From assembly GCA_046758705.1 (NCBI GenBank), contig JBHIAT010000031.1:1-26980 (forward strand): a stretch of 26,980 nucleotides of DNA. Direction: 5' to 3'. The DNA is from Candidatus Bipolaricaulia bacterium (GTDB taxonomy: Bacteria; Bipolaricaulota; Bipolaricaulia; JBHIAT01). The translations under genes were made by a program, and so were the position numbers. How positions within the stretch are numbered: the stretch's first letter is position 1; every line of letters begins with the position of its first letter. The notes under the pieces are model-generated. The model saw nothing but the letters and a program-made list of their open reading frames with translations. It searched no databases and had not been told where the DNA came from. Shown one piece after another: positions 25,381 through 26,980 of the stretch.

Positions 25381-26123
25381 TGTTGCAAGATCGGGTGGCG
25401 GTCGTTACCGGAGCCGGACGCGGGATCGGCCGGGCGATCGTGCTGACGCTCGCCGAGCAAGGGGCCGATCAGGTGATCATCGACATCGATCTCGAGAACG
25501 CCCGCAAGGTGGCTCAGGAGGTCGAATCGGTGGGCCGAAAGGCACTGGTGATCGAGGCCGACGTCACCCAACTCGATCAGGTAGAGGCGATGACGGCACA
25601 GACGTTGGAGGAGTTCGACAGAATCGACATCTTGGTCAACAACGCCGGGGTTTACGAACACGCGCTCGTCGCCGAGATGCCAGACGCAGAATGGGACAGG
25701 ACACTGGATATCAACTTGAAGGGCGCGTTTCTCTGCACCAGAGCTGCACTCAAACCGATGATGACACAGCAGTCGGGGAGGATCATCTCGATCTCGTCGA
25801 TCGCGGCATACCGGGGCAGCATCACCCACGCCCATTACTCTGCAGCGAAGGCCGGGGTGGTCGGATTCACCAAGGCGCTTGCCCTGGAACTCGGTCCCTA
25901 CGGGATCACCGTCAACGCGATCGCCCCCGGCGTCATCGAGGGGACGTTCGTCGGTGAGTCGGCGAAGCAGCACCTCGGCGAGGGGTACGCGCAAACGATC
26001 CCGATGCGCCGCTACGGGCGGCCCGAGGATGTCGCCCATGGGGTGGCGTTTCTCGCCTCAGATGGTGCCGATTATATCACCGGGCAGGTCCTCCACATCA
26101 ACGGAGGCCTGCTGATGCCATAG
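25377..26123 (+). CDS. Short-chain dehydrogenase/reductase, FabG-like
   Basis: TGAGRGIG, NNAG, YSAAK, VNAIAPG, YITGQVLHINGG. The acidic residue after beta-2 (IDID) suggests NAD(H) preference, so fabG orthology is uncertain. Confidence 0.85.
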   Translation: MMLQDRVAVVTGAGRGIGRAIVLTLAEQGADQVIIDIDLENARKVAQEVESVGRKALVIEADVTQLDQVEAMTAQTLEEFDRIDILVNNAGVYEHALVAEMPDAEWDRTLDINLKGAFLCTRAALKPMMTQQSGRIISISSIAAYRGSITHAHYSAAKAGVVGFTKALALELGPYGITVNAIAPGVIEGTFVGESAKQHLGEGYAQTIPMRRYGRPEDVAHGVAFLASDGADYITGQVLHINGGLLMP

Positions 26124-26137
26124 ACATAACGAAAAAA

Positions 26138-26869
26138 ATGGGCATAAACAAGACGGTCGGATTCGTCATCCGCTCGTTGGACTACCGGGAGAGCGATCGT
26201 ATCGTCACCATCTTCAGTCGTGACTTCGGGAAGTTCTCCGGCATCGCAAAAGGGTCCCGCAAGACGGACAGCCGGTTCGGAAGCTCCCTGGACCTCCTGA
26301 ACCTGGATGAGTTCGTCTTCTACGAGAGCGAGACCCTGAAGTTCCTCAGCGAAGCCGATACCCTCAACTTCTTCCCCGAACTGAAGCGGAGTTACGCCAA
26401 GGTCGAGAGGGCATTTCAGGCGGCGAAACTCCTGGACCGTGCGACCGAGGAGAACCATCGAGAGCCAGAGCTGTTCTTCCTGTTCAATGCCTACTTGGGG
26501 GCACTCGAACGGGCTGCGGATCAGCTGCGATCGATCGATCTGAGTTTCAAGCTGAGGCTGCTGAAGGGAGTAGGCCTCGGTCCCAGACTGGATCGCTGCG
26601 CCGTCTGCGGCCGGGTGCTGGAGGACGAGGTTCGTTTCTCGGTGGAGCGGGGCGGTCTGCTGGGTCAGACCTGCTATCGAGGGGAGGGCGTTGCGGTCGA
26701 GCCCGGGGTGTGGAGGAGTTTGAGCCAATTGGCGGAGCTCCCGATAGACCGAGCCGAACGTATCTCTCTAGGAGAAGCAAGATCGACCTGTGAGACGTTG
26801 ATCGATCGATTCATCGCCTATCACATCGGTTGGAAGGGAGGGAGCCGGGCAGATGCTCAAAAACGATGA
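26138..26869 (+). CDS. recO: DNA repair protein RecO
   Basis: [47 protein letters not shown]. Confidence 0.92.
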   Translation: MGINKTVGFVIRSLDYRESDRIVTIFSRDFGKFSGIAKGSRKTDSRFGSSLDLLNLDEFVFYESETLKFLSEADTLNFFPELKRSYAKVERAFQAAKLLDRATEENHREPELFFLFNAYLGALERAADQLRSIDLSFKLRLLKGVGLGPRLDRCAVCGRVLEDEVRFSVERGGLLGQTCYRGEGVAVEPGVWRSLSQLAELPIDRAERISLGEARSTCETLIDRFIAYHIGWKGGSRADAQKR

Positions 26870-26980
26870 ATGGATCCGGAAGATGGTGGTCGAGCACCGC
26901 ATGATCACTCCGTTCGTCGATCGGCTGGTGAGCGACGGAGTGATCTCTTACGGCCTGTCTTCATACGGGTATGACTTTCG
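26853..26980 (+). CDS. dcd: dCTP deaminase, partial (runs off the right edge)
   Basis: Absent from the ORF track. [42 protein letters not shown], containing the [11 protein letters not shown] signature. Confidence 0.92.
   Translation, partial: MLKNDEWIRKMVVEHRMITPFVDRLVSDGVISYGLSSYGYDF

Noticed and set aside
26596-26674. RecO zinc finger with only three Cys (CAVC...GQTC)
   Set aside because: Zinc-ligand loss is common among RecO proteins, so this is not informative by itself.

Overview
A GC-rich bacterial chromosomal window made mostly of housekeeping genes. From left to right: a partial secreted protein (-); a three-gene exported module (START/SRPBCC protein, small putative beta-barrel, tail-anchored metallophosphoesterase); a CNNM/CorC-tsaE-yebC operon (-); accB-accC; ffh-rpsP-khpA-trmD-Tm1570-like SPOUT-rplS-lepB-rnhB (no rimM); a cell-envelope locus; hflK-hflC-tig-clpP (-); and guaA-flippase-like-SDR-recO-dcd (partial). 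The most notable part is 12.5-18.7 kb. A perfect TTGACA-17-TATAAT promoter and long leader precede an SLH + coiled-coil + C-terminal hydrophobic-tail protein resembling Thermotoga Omp-alpha. Two paralogous acidic beta-barrel-like genes follow, then an O-antigen-ligase/TPR protein. This looks like a bipartite ('split OmpM') outer-membrane tether. The second barrel paralog lies behind a terminator, starts at ATA and carries a 147-nt internal duplication. At least three genes (yebC, barrel 2, tig) appear to initiate at ATT/ATA behind good Shine-Dalgarno sites. The envelope genes suggest a diderm lineage related to Thermotogota, such as Bipolaricaulota/Acetothermia; this is inference only. No rRNA, tRNA, CRISPR array or mobile element was recognised.
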